From Albugo candida (Eukaryota), in contig JBDOQK010000063.1 in the NCBI GenBank assembly GCA_040437565.1, positions 124,001 through 188,000 of the forward strand: a stretch of DNA of 64,000 nucleotides. Reading direction: 5' to 3'. A program made the translations under genes and the position numbers. Each line of letters starts with the position of its first letter. Within the stretch, counting starts at the first letter, position 1. The notes below the pieces were generated by a model that saw only the letters and a program-made list of their open reading frames with translations, did not search any database and was not told the DNA's origin. Of this stretch, positions 1 to 12,306 are shown one piece after another.

Positions 1-54
1 AAAGAGGAAGAGAAAAGCGCTGCTTCCGGTTTTAAGCATTTTTTTGGCTGCATC

Positions 55-579
55 TTACTTCTTCGACGGCCCAGGTTTCTGCTTCGGATCTACCTTAAGC
101 GTACATTGGTGGGTCACAAACATGCCAAAGACATTGAGAAAAAAGCGATGAGGAATTGGGTAATTTTTCTCATTGTTCGAGTATTGATGAATGTTACTCC
201 ATTTTGCTGGTACATCCTTCGCCATACTCTTGTAAATCGCATCAGCGGAAGCCTGTTGTAATTCCGCTGGCGGGGTAGATTGAATGTATGCTTTTGCTGC
301 ATTGGCAAGACCTTCAGATGACAGCTTATCCAGTGGAATTTTTTCATTTGGGCGCTTTAGTAATGCTTTCTCGACTATCGTCTTAATTGCCTTCTGAAGT
401 AGCCCAGTACACTCCTTATTTGATAAATTATCATCGGGGCATTTGTTCTTGAATTCATATATCACATCTTTAAACTCGGTGCATTTCGCTTCATTGAACT
501 TAATGTTGATGTCTCCAGACATGGCTTGCTGGATATCGACAAGGATGAGTGTGACAGCTAGGAGCTTGGCAATGGTCAT
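55..579 (-). CDS. Small secreted Cys-rich protein, family copy 1 (candidate effector), 174 aa
   Basis: Start taken at MTIAKLLAVTLILVDIQQAMSG (ATG at 579), just downstream of an Inr/FPR-like element (602-615). Signal-peptide-like N-terminus, three spaced Cys and the C-terminal P-x-x-W...FLNVFG-x-F-x-T-x-x-C motif shared with four paralogs in the window. Confidence 0.8.
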   Translation of the reverse strand: MTIAKLLAVTLILVDIQQAMSGDINIKFNEAKCTEFKDVIYEFKNKCPDDNLSNKECTGLLQKAIKTIVEKALLKRPNEKIPLDKLSSEGLANAAKAYIQSTPPAELQQASADAIYKSMAKDVPAKWSNIHQYSNNEKNYPIPHRFFLNVFGMFVTHQCTLKVDPKQKPGPSKK

Positions 580-1252
580 TGTGAAGTTGTCGGAAGCCGG
601 TAAATTGGAAAGTGTTTCATGTGATGATTTTTGGATCATTATGTATAGACAGCAGCCTTTTTACCTTCCATGACGAAGTCAAGCCGCGCTTCTCCAGCTA
701 TTATCTGTACACACTATCGTTTTGTACTCATTCTCATCAGTGACGATAATGGGGTGAAAATTGAGTCCTACTTACCTCTACGTGTTAAACTCCGTCCTGA
801 TTTCCACCCCAGAAAAACCATATGATGCTCTGTAGAGTACTGAATGATGCGTTGTCTTACGTATTATTCACGTACAAGATCCAATTCTTTTTCGTGATGA
901 CGGGACCTTTTGTTCATTTGAACGCCCTCATGACTTTTTATTTCACTGACCGAAAGGATAAGAATATGCAAACATGAAAAGTGTAAAAGTCATGACATTG
1001 ACAGCATTTTACTCGTTCATTGCGACTCCTTTTCTTATGTGTCATACCAAAAGCCTACGTCATACATCTTTTTTCATTACCAAATAACACATTTTTCCAC
1101 TTCAAAGTCTGATATGACATCAAGCAAAGTCGATCTCCTAAGTCTCCTCTCTGCCAATCGCATGTTTGGATCACACGATGTGCTTCTCCCAGCTATTTCA
1201 TTTATGTGATATTCATCTGATCCTCTTCCAACCCAAAACTCCATTACATCAT

Positions 1253-4200
1253 TCATACTATTTGTAATCCATTCGATCGCTTGAGACTGTTTAGAGCTTC
1301 CAAACACGTTCGAGCTTGTTCCTTGANNNNNNNNNNNNNNNNNNNNNNNNNNNNNNNNNNNNNNNNNNNNNNNNNNNNNNNNNNNNNNNNNNNNNNNNNN
1401 NNNNNNNNNNNNNNNNNNNNNNNNNNTCATTGGGAATCAAATTGCATATCGTTTCTGTCGCCGCACGACGTACTAATTCGTGATCTGAAAATTGGAGATA
1501 CTGAATTGTCGATAATGCGTGTGGCTCACTCACAATTCGATTCTTTGTCTCCTCCGATACACTCGCAATATTTGTCAGAGCCATTAGAGCTTCAAAATGA
1601 ATCAATTGACTGTCACTTTTACATACTTCCAATAGCGGACGAATCGAAGAAAATAAGCTTGATACTGGTAATAGATTCGGATTCGTTGTGATGAGAATTT
1701 TCGCCATTGCTTGCGCCGCTGCATTTGATATCGGAGTTGCGACGTTTGATCGGTTCTCGGAAGCATTACCTTTTTTATTGTTCGCCAAAGAGTGACTGAG
1801 AAGTGCTTGATACACTCCAGACTGAACCAATTGGCCCCGAGATTCCGTCACTTGTGCAATGGACAACACGCTCAAAATGGACAATTCGATTACATTGTTT
1901 GATTGTTTGGATGTGAATTTTAAAAGCTGAAAGAGAGTTGGCAACACTTTGGGACACTTTAGAAGCACTTTGACACGGGCTGTGACTTGTGTTGGTGAAT
2001 CCCCATCATCCAGTGCTGATTTCTGCTTTAGTGCTTTCTGAAGTTCTTCGTATTGTTCAGGAGTCATATCCATACCTTCCATCTTCTTCTTCTTCAGAGC
2101 CGATTCCGATGTCACAACATGATGTAATATATACGCAACTCCATAGTAGACAGTGGAGCGATAATTTCCGCCGGGTAATCCTTTGGGTACTTTGTGTGAT
2201 TCCTTCCAGATCATATTACTAGAGCCTTTGCGATTTACAGATGAATTCAAATCGACGTCGAAGACGCTCAAAATTGCTTGAGGACGACTTGTGAATGCTT
2301 GCTTCACTCGTGTGATCGTTATCATGTAGNNNNNNNNNNNNNNNNNNNNNNNNNNNNNNNNNNNNNNNNNNNNNNNNNNNNNNNNNNNNNNNNNNNNNNN
2401 NNNNNNNNNNNNNNNNNNNNNNNNNNNNNATTGTTTGATTGTTTGGATGTGAATTTTAAAAGCTGAAAGAGAGTTGGCAACACTTTGGGACACTTTAGAA
2501 GCACTTTGACACGGGCTGTGACTTGTGTTGGTGAATCCCCATCATCCAGTGCTGATTTCTGCTTTAGTGCTTTCTGAAGTTCTTCGTATTGTTCAGGAGT
2601 CATATCCATACCTTCCATCTTCTTCTTCTTCAGAGCCGATTCCGATGTCACAACATGATGTAATATATACGCAACTCCATAGTAGACAGTGGAGCGATAA
2701 TTTCCGCCGGGTAATCCTTTGGGTACTTTGTGTGATTCCTTCCAGATCATATTACTAGAGCCTTTGCGATTTACAGATGAATTCAAATCGACGTCGAAGA
2801 CGCTCAAAATTGCTTGAGGACGACTTGTGAATGCTTGCTTCACTCGTGTGATCGTTATCATGTAGAAAAGTGCTTCGATGGACCGCTCTTTGGGAGAAGA
2901 TACGTTCCGATGCAATGCTTTCGCGACAATACTTCCATCCAGATCTTTCATTGTACGAGTATTGCTTGACACTCGTTGCTGTAAACGCGTTTCATACTTC
3001 TGAGACTGTTCCAACACATCAAAGACAATGCTCATAAGGCGCTGATTATCCTCAGAATCCATCTCCAGAAGCTTTTTCGTCATAAGGATTTTGACTTGAA
3101 TGCTTAAAGCACTTGCTCGCAGGATGAGATCTTGATCGTCCAAAGCTGCATACAGCAGTTTCGTCATCTCCACATGAAGGTCCTCTGGAATGCACGAGAC
3201 ACCATTCTCCACTCCACAGATACATGCCACACAGTCCACCCAGATCTCCTGCCACGATCGCGTCATAGTCGCATCGCGTGTGATCTTATTTGAAGCGAAA
3301 CCTTTGGACGAAATCAACAGCTTGTGTAAACTTACAGCGAATCTCGTGCCTTCTTGTCCACTTTGTTGAATGGCAGTGATCGCGAGCTTGGAATTTGTCA
3401 AGAATAAAGCTGACATCAGTAGACACGATGCTGTTGCATTCCTTATTTTTGTTCCATTGTCGATTTGAACCGTGACAACTGGTCTCACGCAGTATTCTTG
3501 TACAAGACTGAGCAGCTTCTGTTCATCTTTTTCAAAAAATGTCAACAATTGGGTGAAAACCAACGGTAAGCGAGATAGAAAACTGGCATAGCGATAGCGC
3601 TCCAAAATGCAGTGGTGTTTCTCCGTTTCTGTTCTTCCCGTGTCCATATTATCCAGAAACAGATCCACTTGTGGAATTGATAGTGTGATTGCCGCACAGG
3701 AATGTAATAGCGGAAAGAGCCCGAGAGACACAACGAGTGGTAGGAGCTCACTGGTCACTAGTGCATTTCCATCGAAATTGTTGGGTTCCATTGCAGCATC
3801 AGCCGGGGCACTCTGATGTACCAGTAAATTCAGCACACTATCGAGTGCACAAAGCTGTAGATCGAGGCTTCGACTGCGTAATCCATCCATGATTCCTTCA
3901 AAAAGTGAACGTTTGGTAGAATCACGACTTTGTTGCAAGCTTGCAATCTCATTACCACCAAAGCAAAAGTACTTCATGCAGAGCCCACATAAAGCAACTG
4001 CGCGCTTTCTGCAAGCCAAACTCAATATTTGAAGGTGGTCATGTTCATTTGAGTCTTCCTTGTACTCAATTCCGACACATTTGTTGCATACTTGTAGTAG
4101 CGCTTCCAACGCTGTAATTGAACCATCTTTGATTCTGCGCATCTGCCCAGCTTCTAGTACTTTTCCAGCAGAAGATGCGGAGCTTTCTGCTACTGCTGTA

Positions 4201-4922
4201 AGCATTTTCAAACTTTGATGAATAAGCTCTTGTGAACCAATATTCGACTCTTTCTCAATAGAATCGGTACAATCTACCTCATTCAGTGAAACACCCAGAA
4301 ATTTCCACATCAATTCAATTCCATTGAATTCTTCGACCGCAAATCGCTTTGCTGCAACCTCATTACTCAAATTGCCATATTTCTCCATTTCCATCAGCTT
4401 TACCAATGTTATCGACTTTTTCTCTGCCTTTTTTTGTAATGGCATATGTTCCCATACGTCCAATATCTCTTTTAATGTATCGCATGCACTTTTGTACAAA
4501 GTTTTTGGATCTTGTTGTTGCTGTAACTTAACTGACATTTCTCTCGCTAAAGTAATGGCAGAGTGATTGCTTGGATCCGATCGCAGCACAACGCGAATCT
4601 CTGTGAGTGCATCAGCGAGTCTTTGTAATCCTGCATACGCCTGTGCGCGACGATAACGTGCCTTCAAATTATCACCGTACTTTAAATCTTCAATGATAAA
4701 AGTGCAATCAGCAAGTGCGGAATGATGGTCCTTCAACTGCAACGCAGCTGCCGCGCGATTATTTCGTAGGAACAGCTCCGTATTTGACCGCATTTCTTCG
4801 GAAGCGGCATCGATGGACAATTTTTTCAGTGCCTCTGTGTACGTTTCTCTCGCGTGCGCGAACTCTTTGGCTTTGAATTGCTCGTTTCCTTTTGCTCGGA
4901 GCGCTTGAACTTCCGCGCTCAT
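1253..4922 (-). CDS. UNC45: UNC-45-like myosin chaperone (N-terminal TPR plus ARM/UCS domain), interrupted by two assembly gaps
   Basis: N-terminal TPR (LRAKGNEQFKAKEF..ARETYTEAL..NRAAAAL..KARYRRAQA) and UCS-type C-terminus (AQAMAKILITTNP, FEALMALTNIAS, LVRRAATETICNL). 1894-2329 duplicates 2430-2865 across a gap (artefact). The last residues LKEQARTCLEALNSLKRSNGLQIV* lie at 1326-1253, beyond the 1327-1426 gap. Confidence 0.85.
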
Positions 4923-5059
4923 ATTTTTTACTCAAATGGCAGAATGAAGGTGGGTGATGAATTGGATGTAGCCCCTTACAATTCAATGAGTGGTTTATCT
5001 GAATTGTGAAGTAATAAAATTCTTTGAATTGCATTGATTATTTGAATTGTGAAGGAGCT
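4923..5059. promoter_or_regulatory. Short bidirectional promoter between UNC-45 and UBC9
   Basis: Head-to-head starts 137 bp apart. ATTGG (CCAAT) at 4961. Minus-strand TCATTCTGCCATTTG (Inr/FPR-like) just upstream of the UNC-45 ATG. Confidence 0.55.
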
Positions 5060-5542
5060 ATGAGTGACGATACCATTGCCATTCAACGCTTACGCCAAGA
5101 GCGAAAGAACTGGCGACGTGATCATCCGGCAGGATTCTGGGCTCGGCCTATCTCGAAAGAAGATGGATCACTGAATATCATGATGTGGCAAGCTGGAATT
5201 CCTGGAAAAGCTGGTACCGATTGGGAAGGCGGTGTCTATAAAGTATCGTTAGTTTTCTCCGAAGATTATCCGAGTAAACCACCGTTAGTTAAGTTCGTTC
5301 CGCCATTGTATCATCCGAACGTATATCCTTCAGGAACAGTCTGCTTGAGTATACTGAACGAAGATAAAGACTGGAAACCGAGTGTCACCATCAAACAGAT
5401 TTTGAAAGGAATTCAAGATTTATTAGATGCACCGAATATGAATGATCCTGCACAACGGGAGCCTTATATGGATCTGAAGAATAATCCAGACGTTTACAAG
5501 CGTAAAGTGAGACAGATAGCATTGAAAAATCGAGATACATGA
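5060..5542 (+). CDS. UBC9: SUMO-conjugating E2 enzyme
   Basis: [52 protein letters not shown] (active-site Cys), [18 protein letters not shown]. Start at ATG 5060 (MSDDT). Confidence 0.95.
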   Translation: MSDDTIAIQRLRQERKNWRRDHPAGFWARPISKEDGSLNIMMWQAGIPGKAGTDWEGGVYKVSLVFSEDYPSKPPLVKFVPPLYHPNVYPSGTVCLSILNEDKDWKPSVTIKQILKGIQDLLDAPNMNDPAQREPYMDLKNNPDVYKRKVRQIALKNRDT

Positions 5543-5800
5543 GCTTGTAAAGATATTATAATAGCATTATGCTGCTACATCGGTCGCCCATATACGCGTG
5601 CTCTACTAATATGATATCGTCGTCACGTGTGGGTGATTCTCCCTTCTAATAGCGTGTTAGATTTGGACAGCAAAGCTGCACGAATATTACTTTCTTCGTG
5701 CGTGTTATGTGCGATAGAAGAGCAACAAGTTCGTTATAAGGTTCGTTAGGACATGAACACGCTATTATTAGGATAAATAAACTAAACATCTCGACAGCAG

Positions 5801-6508
5801 TTATGCGCACGTTACAGTGTTATCTTCACGCTTGACGTACAAAGTTGATGATCCATCTAAAGATAACTCATCGTCTTTGCATATTGGAACTGATACGAAA
5901 TCAGGTATTAAAGACGTATCTAACACGGTTGAGTTAGAAGGTCGGTGTGTCGTTAGACAGTCACGCCTGACGTAACTTCGCAAGTTTGTTTGCTGATGTC
6001 GTTGCCACATGAGCCATGCTACATATGATAGAAGTGAAGTGAACAGTGCCACACACATAACAGCACATGTCGTCAGCGCGGAACAATTGATAGCGTCTGA
6101 AATTGCGTCACAATATCGGATATAGTCTGAAGCAGCTAAGGCACAACCCGCACTTAGCGATAAGATCGTCAATAGTACATCCATGATCCAACAGAAATTG
6201 TTAGGTCTGGTCCACAGTGATGCATGTTGCGTATGACTTGTTATATCAAATCGGCGACTGTGCGCCAAGAGTACCATCCAATAAAAGCAATAACACGTTG
6301 ATGCGAAAGTTACCAACAAGACAAAGTTGTACGTTGGTCCTCCGTAATATAAACGCATTTCCACTCGTTCGGTTGATGAAATAAACATAGTGCGGCTTTT
6401 TCCTTTCGAACCGGCTGCGATACACGCAAAGGCAACGCATGATAGACCGAACTGGACAGTACGAAACCATAATAGTATATGTAAAATGGTCGGTGAACCC
6501 AAAACCAT
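5801..6508 (-). CDS. Multi-pass membrane protein, MARVEL-domain-like
   Basis: 235-aa ORF with four hydrophobic segments and FRTVQF...YYGGPTYNFVLLV, a pattern typical of MARVEL-like proteins. Confidence 0.6.
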   Translation of the reverse strand: MVLGSPTILHILLWFRTVQFGLSCVAFACIAAGSKGKSRTMFISSTERVEMRLYYGGPTYNFVLLVTFASTCYCFYWMVLLAHSRRFDITSHTQHASLWTRPNNFCWIMDVLLTILSLSAGCALAASDYIRYCDAISDAINCSALTTCAVMCVALFTSLLSYVAWLMWQRHQQTNLRSYVRRDCLTTHRPSNSTVLDTSLIPDFVSVPICKDDELSLDGSSTLYVKREDNTVTCA

Positions 6509-6842
6509 AATTTTCCGTGAAAGTTATTTATCTTATGTCTTGTACAAAAAGTGTGAGAAAGGCAAGGTTAAAATACACAACCTCGATCGCTGCTTTTCTG
6601 CACGTTCCGTTTCTTTCTTCGTTAGTCAATTTGGTGTGGCGCCAGTGACGTTTCAGACTAAAGTGACAATAAGAGCGAAATGTTGTTTTGAGGAGACACG
6701 TATCCCGTTGGAAAGACAGTGTCAGCGTGACTAATGCTACATACAAGCTCAATCCTCTTTCATAGGATGGTATAATCGTAAGTAATGAATCGAACTGAAC
6801 GTAATAGACACGTGGTGGACAAGTATACTGATCGTACAATAT

Positions 6843-7751
6843 TTATGACCAGTACGAGAGAAATTTGAATAAACCGTTGCGCGGTAACGCCCGCTCTAAA
6901 TCTTTTTTGCGCGTTTCAATGGCTCTCACCTCTTCATCGATATCGTCAATGTCACGTCCCGTAGTCAGTTTGGATTCTTCAAGAGCCACTTGCTGAACAG
7001 TCAGCTTCTCAATCTCGTTTCTCAGCTCGGATTCTGTGAGCTTTTTCTTCTCTACATTTTGAAGACTTCCCCATGAAAATTGTCCATGTGGTTGCCAAAC
7101 ACTTGCGATATCGTTCCGACCACGCTCGTTGCTATCATGACTGCTTATTTCGTCAGTCCGTATCTCATCAGAATTCTCTTGGTCGAAATTGATCGAAACG
7201 ATTGGGTCATTTGGCGTAGTGTTTGCTTCTTTCCGTGCCAAATCTCCAATGTCTGATTGGCTCACAGAGCCAGATACTCGAAGGCGTAATTTCTTTCGCG
7301 ATCGAAATGTTACAATGACGTCCAGATCTTGATCCGTATAATGTTAAGTCGGACCCACACGGCACTTTAAAGCGTACTTACCTTCATTTTGTACATCGGA
7401 TGCTAATGTGACCGTACCAACATCGTCTCGCTTTTTTAGCTGTGAGTAATCATTGTCAATGGAAACGTACTTGTTGATTGTCTCAATCAAGTTTGGGTAC
7501 TTTTGTTCAAAATGGTCGTAGAATTCAGGATCGAACTTTAGGTTATATACGAAAGCTGCGGAAATAGCCGTAGGAATACCAACAACGAGACCCACAGGCA
7601 CCCAAACGTATTTCCGAGCGAAAAAGCCTCTAGTTACTTTTTCTGCCTCACTCGTTGTCGACGACTTCTTTTTCGACAGATGCGTCCTTCCGACACGTTT
7701 AAATTGATTTTGCCAAACGCTTTTGCCGCGTACCAAAGCTGATGTGGTCAT
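6843..7751 (-). CDS. Hypothetical single-pass membrane protein (possibly mitochondrial), two exons
   Basis: ATG 7751 (MTTSALVRGK). The GTAAGT...CAAG intron at 7381-7328 joins ORF 7344-7853 in frame to ORF 6843-7265. Basic N-terminus, one TM segment, C-terminal coiled coil. Confidence 0.6.
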
Positions 7752-7883
7752 CTCAACTGTGAAATGATTGGCTCTTAGAATAGACACACACATTTTATTG
7801 GAGGAGCATGTGCACGCACTTTTCTTCACACAAAAGTACCGTAGCGGAAACAACGTTTGTTTCTATTTTCCTAATCGGTTCGA

Positions 7884-8612
7884 TTAAGTAAGCGCTATCT
7901 CGTTATTTAAATCTATGTGATCGTCTTGGATCATCTTCTCTCCACCAAACACATCATACAAACAAGGCGAACCATCAATGTAATTTGTTGCATCAAATTT
8001 CAAATACAACTTATCCGCGACGGGTTTCGTTGAAGAAAAAGCTGCCGACAAACCACGAACAATATTCTCAGATCCTTTCGGAGCCATTCGTACATCAAAA
8101 CACTCTTCTTGGAATTTTAGATACCACGTTCGCTTTTGACCACATATACTGACAACACAGTGACTACTCGTGCGAATATCAAAATTGACAAGTGTGCGTG
8201 TGGGAGTTGGATTCATAAGAGTCCCACTCAGTGTACTTAGATTTGTATTCGTCGCAACATACTTTCGTTTCTCTTCGTCTACTTCAAAACGATCGTAAAA
8301 CACAACAATCGCTTCGTCTCCATTGAGCTTTCCAATCGGCACTAATTTTTCCATTCTGGAATCTTGTGCATTTTGACCATTAGGTCTCCAACTTGCGTAA
8401 ATCTCTCTCTGTGCGAAATCTCCGAGAGCCTGCTCTCCGGTATTCGCATTCGCATCATTATGTCGTCTCAGATGAGTATCAGAAATCTCTACAGCTTCAG
8501 TGGAATGCGCAGCAGCTTGCAGGAGAATCACAAGGAAGCCGAGCGTCCATCTTGAAATGAACGTTTTACCTATCCCATAATTAGCATTCATGGAAAGCAA
8601 CCTTCGCGACAT
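7884..8612 (-). CDS. Putative secreted protein of unknown function
   Basis: Long ORF with a hydrophobic signal-like stretch WTLGFLVILLQAAAHSTEA. Start uncertain (ATG 8612 or 8591). Four Cys in the C-terminal half. Confidence 0.55.
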   Translation of the reverse strand: MSRRLLSMNANYGIGKTFISRWTLGFLVILLQAAAHSTEAVEISDTHLRRHNDANANTGEQALGDFAQREIYASWRPNGQNAQDSRMEKLVPIGKLNGDEAIVVFYDRFEVDEEKRKYVATNTNLSTLSGTLMNPTPTRTLVNFDIRTSSHCVVSICGQKRTWYLKFQEECFDVRMAPKGSENIVRGLSAAFSSTKPVADKLYLKFDATNYIDGSPCLYDVFGGEKMIQDDHIDLNNEIALT

Positions 8613-9167
8613 CTGAGCTCTTTCTTTCTGCGAGATAAGACGGACAGTTACTGATGTTGTAGAGAAGAAATACTGATCTGATTTCAAAAAGCTATAAATT
8701 ATTATAAATTACTGATTACTCACGGTAAGCGGTACTTTTATTAGTCAATGAGAAATAAGAAGTCACTTGATGAGGCTCATACTTTTGAAGGATAGCACAG
8801 ATTATTCAAAGTAGGATCCACGTTGACAGACTTGGATCGCATAGCGTGCGTTATCACCCATTGGTACCACTCTTATGATCGTTTTGATGTATACAGCGTT
8901 TTCGTTATATATTACGCTTTGCAGCGAATATTGCGCCCGTAAATTACCTGGGCCATCTGGCTTCTGTTTGAAAAAGAAAGCTATTCCCAAAGCGCTACTT
9001 CCTTCGCCTGTCTTGCTCACTCTACGTTGTTTCCCGTAATCTATCCTTTCTGACCCGACTATGCTTCTACACATATACCGTATATTCGGTTGTGATGAGG
9101 ATCACACATCTTATGCTGCATGTGATTGGTTTAAAATTCGTAAGTATCCGTCCATACATTTACTCAA

Positions 9168-10140
9168 ATGCGAGATACGACCAAAGGAGGAAAACCGCGT
9201 AATCGAAAAAAATCGGAGAAAGGTGGCTCCAGAAAATTCGTTGCGTCCGAAGAAGAATTAGCGCTTAGAAACTCAACGGAACACGGCACCAAGGATCAGG
9301 AAGGGAGCAACGAAGAAAGTGGAGACGAACTTGACGGCATTGATGAAGAAAACGAGGACGATGAGGACGGTGTGACTTTCGAACGAGAAGCACACAAAAA
9401 ATCTTTATTTTCTGTGTCGTCGAGTATGGATGGTCCTGTTTTTGAAAAAACGAAAAAGAAAACGGGAGTTGGTGCAATTATACAAATCGAGAATCCAAAC
9501 CTCAAGTCAAAGCAAAGTACATCCATCAAGGCAAAGGATATGGACGCGTCTTACGAGCATAAATTAACTCGAAAAGAACGGTAAAATACATTCGTCGACC
9601 GTTTAATACGCAATGTGTGAGTATGTTATAATAGTGAGGCTATTGATAAAGAACGTGCGGCGTCTGAGTACATGCGACGGCATCTTGCAGGAGAAACGGT
9701 GGGATAGTTTATCACGTTACGTTATGCAGTTGATGCTTAAAACGTATTTGCAAAAGACCGAAGCAAAGAAAGATTTAGCTCGTTTAGCAGAAGTTCGGAA
9801 ACGTAGAGAGGTCGCGGAATTACGTCGCAAAGAAACTGAGGAAGCAGGTACAGTTGCTTGTAACAAGATGAGAGTTGCGATTAACATTGATGAGCAGCTG
9901 CAGCAATGCAAGCCAAGTTAACTGTTAACGATACCGATGAAACAGGTACCGTGCTGATAGCGTATTGAGTATGAGTCTGATGGATTATGTACAGAGGAAG
10001 TACTGGATGCTCGATCTATTAAAGCATTAAAACCAGCGATACTCAAGGATAAGTTGAAAGAGCGCGGACTTTCAACACAAGGGCAAAAGAAAGACTTAGT
10101 GCAGCGACTAATTGATCATGAGAACGAACGTTCTCTATAA
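9168..10140 (+). CDS. PP28/PDAP1-like heat- and acid-stable phosphoprotein with C-terminal SAP-like domain, five exons
   Basis: GVGAIIQIENPN, LTRKERE and HLAGETTEAKKDLARLAEVRKRRE match the PP28 family. GT-AG introns at 9581-9634, 9699-9756 and two more. Last exon LKPAILKDKLKERGLSTQGQKKDLVQRL is SAP-like. Confidence 0.75.
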
Positions 10141-10420
10141 TGATATTAAACTGGTACAAATTAACACAAGTCTGGTATCTTGCGTATCATACTATAGCTT
10201 GATCAGGCTTTTCTTCATGCCAACTTTCAAAGAACTTGCGTCTACAATCTGAGTAATTATAGTAGAATGTAATCTATGATTGGCTTAATCATAAAACCTA
10301 TATACTTTGATTACTGTGAGTTTGACCGATTCGAGCGAGTTACAGGACCGTCGGTATAGATCGCTAGCTGTTATGCACGTGAATCACCTAATTAAAAGAC
10401 CTATTCTTGTATAAGGCCCA

Positions 10421-11389
10421 ATGGCGCTAAGCAATGATCAATGGAAAAATATAATTGAAACTTGCTCGGGTTTAAGTGCGGGTGCTATTTCAACAGTATT
10501 ATTGTATCCGTTAGACTTGGTCAAGACTCATTATCAGATTCATGAGTATACATCTCGACCATATCGTAATATTGGTCACGCGTTGACTTCCATTGTCCAA
10601 GAACAGCAATATCGGGGTCTTTTTCGCGGTATGAGTCCAGCTCTTTATGGCTCGACGGTAGCTTGGGGTCTCTACATGTACCTCTATCACCACGCAAAGT
10701 CACGATATGCGCGATACGCTGAAGATGGAACAATCAAGCACTCCTATCAGTATTTCTTGTCCGCAATGGAAGCTGGGATTCTCTGCGTTCCTGTCACGAA
10801 TCCACTTTTTCTCATCAAGATTAGAATGCAGGTTCAGACGGCTTTGAACCCGAAAAAAGGTTTGAGTGGTAGAGACGTACCGTACAAAAGTTTCTTAAAT
10901 GCGTTTCAGCGGATTGTGAAAGAGGAAGGTGCTGCGGCCTTGTATAAAGGTGTGGTTCCCGCTCTGTTCTTAACATCGCACGGTGCCTTCAAATTTCTAG
11001 CCTATGAGGTGCTGAAGAAGGGCTATCAACAAAACATCCAATCCGAGCTTCCCATTATCCCAACGTTAGCTATCGGAGCTGTCTCACAAGTGTTTGCTTC
11101 GACCGTTACATATCCGTATCAAGTTGTTAAAGCTCGACTGCAACAAGGTGGTGTCAGAGCTTCACGATATCGAGGAACTTGGGATTGCTTTTGCAAAATA
11201 CAAAGGTATGTGGCAAGAATGTTGTAGAATGTTGCTCTAAGATATGGATTTTGTAGGAATGAAGGCTATAGAGGCTTTTATAAAGGCTTGTCGGCTAATT
11301 TACTCAAAGTCATTCCAAGTGGGGCGATCATTTTTGCTGCGTACGAACAAATCCACAAAATGCTCACCAAATTGGTTCTTGAAAGCTGA
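10421..11389 (+). CDS. Mitochondrial carrier (folate/FAD carrier-like), one intron
   Basis: Three carrier repeats (PLDLVKT, PLFLIKIR, PYQVVKAR). Intron at ~11206-11257. Last exon EGYRGFYKGLSANLLKVIPSGAIIFAAYE. Confidence 0.85.
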
Positions 11390-11398
11390 AAATTCTGT

Positions 11399-12106
11399 CT
11401 AAAACATTTCGTCTTCTGTTCGAAGATACTCTCCGATATCGGCCTGATGCAATACGACATATGCGGTTGGTTCCAAATCCTTACACATCTCAGTCGCTTG
11501 TGCGGCAATACCGAATCCAAGCGCTAGATCATTCATTGAATAGACAATCACTCCTGCATATTGTGGGGTGCCTTCTGTGATTCTTCCTAATCCTGATTTG
11601 ACCACATTATTTCCGTACAAAAATGACATCTCCGAATTAGGTTTGACCCAAACCTTGTACTACAACAAAATACATCAGCATACGTGCCAAGTTATTGATG
11701 TGAATGTATACCTTCGCGTATTGTGCCATATGGTCCAGAAATGTAATTCTCAGATAAAACTTTTTGCCTTTGGTAAATTTACCAACACAGGTTCCAAGAC
11801 TCAATAATTGCTCGGAACTAATATTTGTTGCTTGCCGCATCAATCGCTCGCTGCAATAGTATACAAAATCATGATGCAGACGAAAGCAATATCTCTCATC
11901 GGGCCGAGTGACCAAAAGTTGCACGTTGGGACCAATACTAATTGTGAATACGATTGTGAACGTACTGATTCGATAGAAATCATGTATCAACTTACTATTT
12001 GCTGATCTTTTCGAAGACGCTCTGAACAAAACGAGCTGTAATGAACTTGTAATTTTAATAAAGGCAGAGCACGTACTTTTAACTCGTCGTCTGTGAGTGG
12101 TCGCAT
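11399..12106 (-). CDS. NIP7: 60S ribosome biogenesis protein NIP7, multi-exon
   Basis: [10 protein letters not shown] start, [62 protein letters not shown]. Confidence 0.9.
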
Positions 12107-12306
12107 GATGTTATCGATGAATTTTATAAATAAAATGCTAGAGGCAATGTGCAGTTTTTTGCCACCAATCACATGAATTCAAAATTGTGGTTGAGCATCA
12201 ACAACCACTCCAATAAAGCGCCCCATAATCATCTCCTGGTAGAGGTACAGTATCATCCTTATTAAAGCGCCGTCTAATTCATTGGTGTTCGACGCAAAAG
12301 AGCAAA

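Noticed and set aside
1894-2865. Apparent internal 436-bp repeat in UNC-45, or two separate ORFs (1291-2493 and 2322-4922)
   Set aside because: Matching sequence on either side of a 100-N gap is an unmerged contig overlap. It is one gene.
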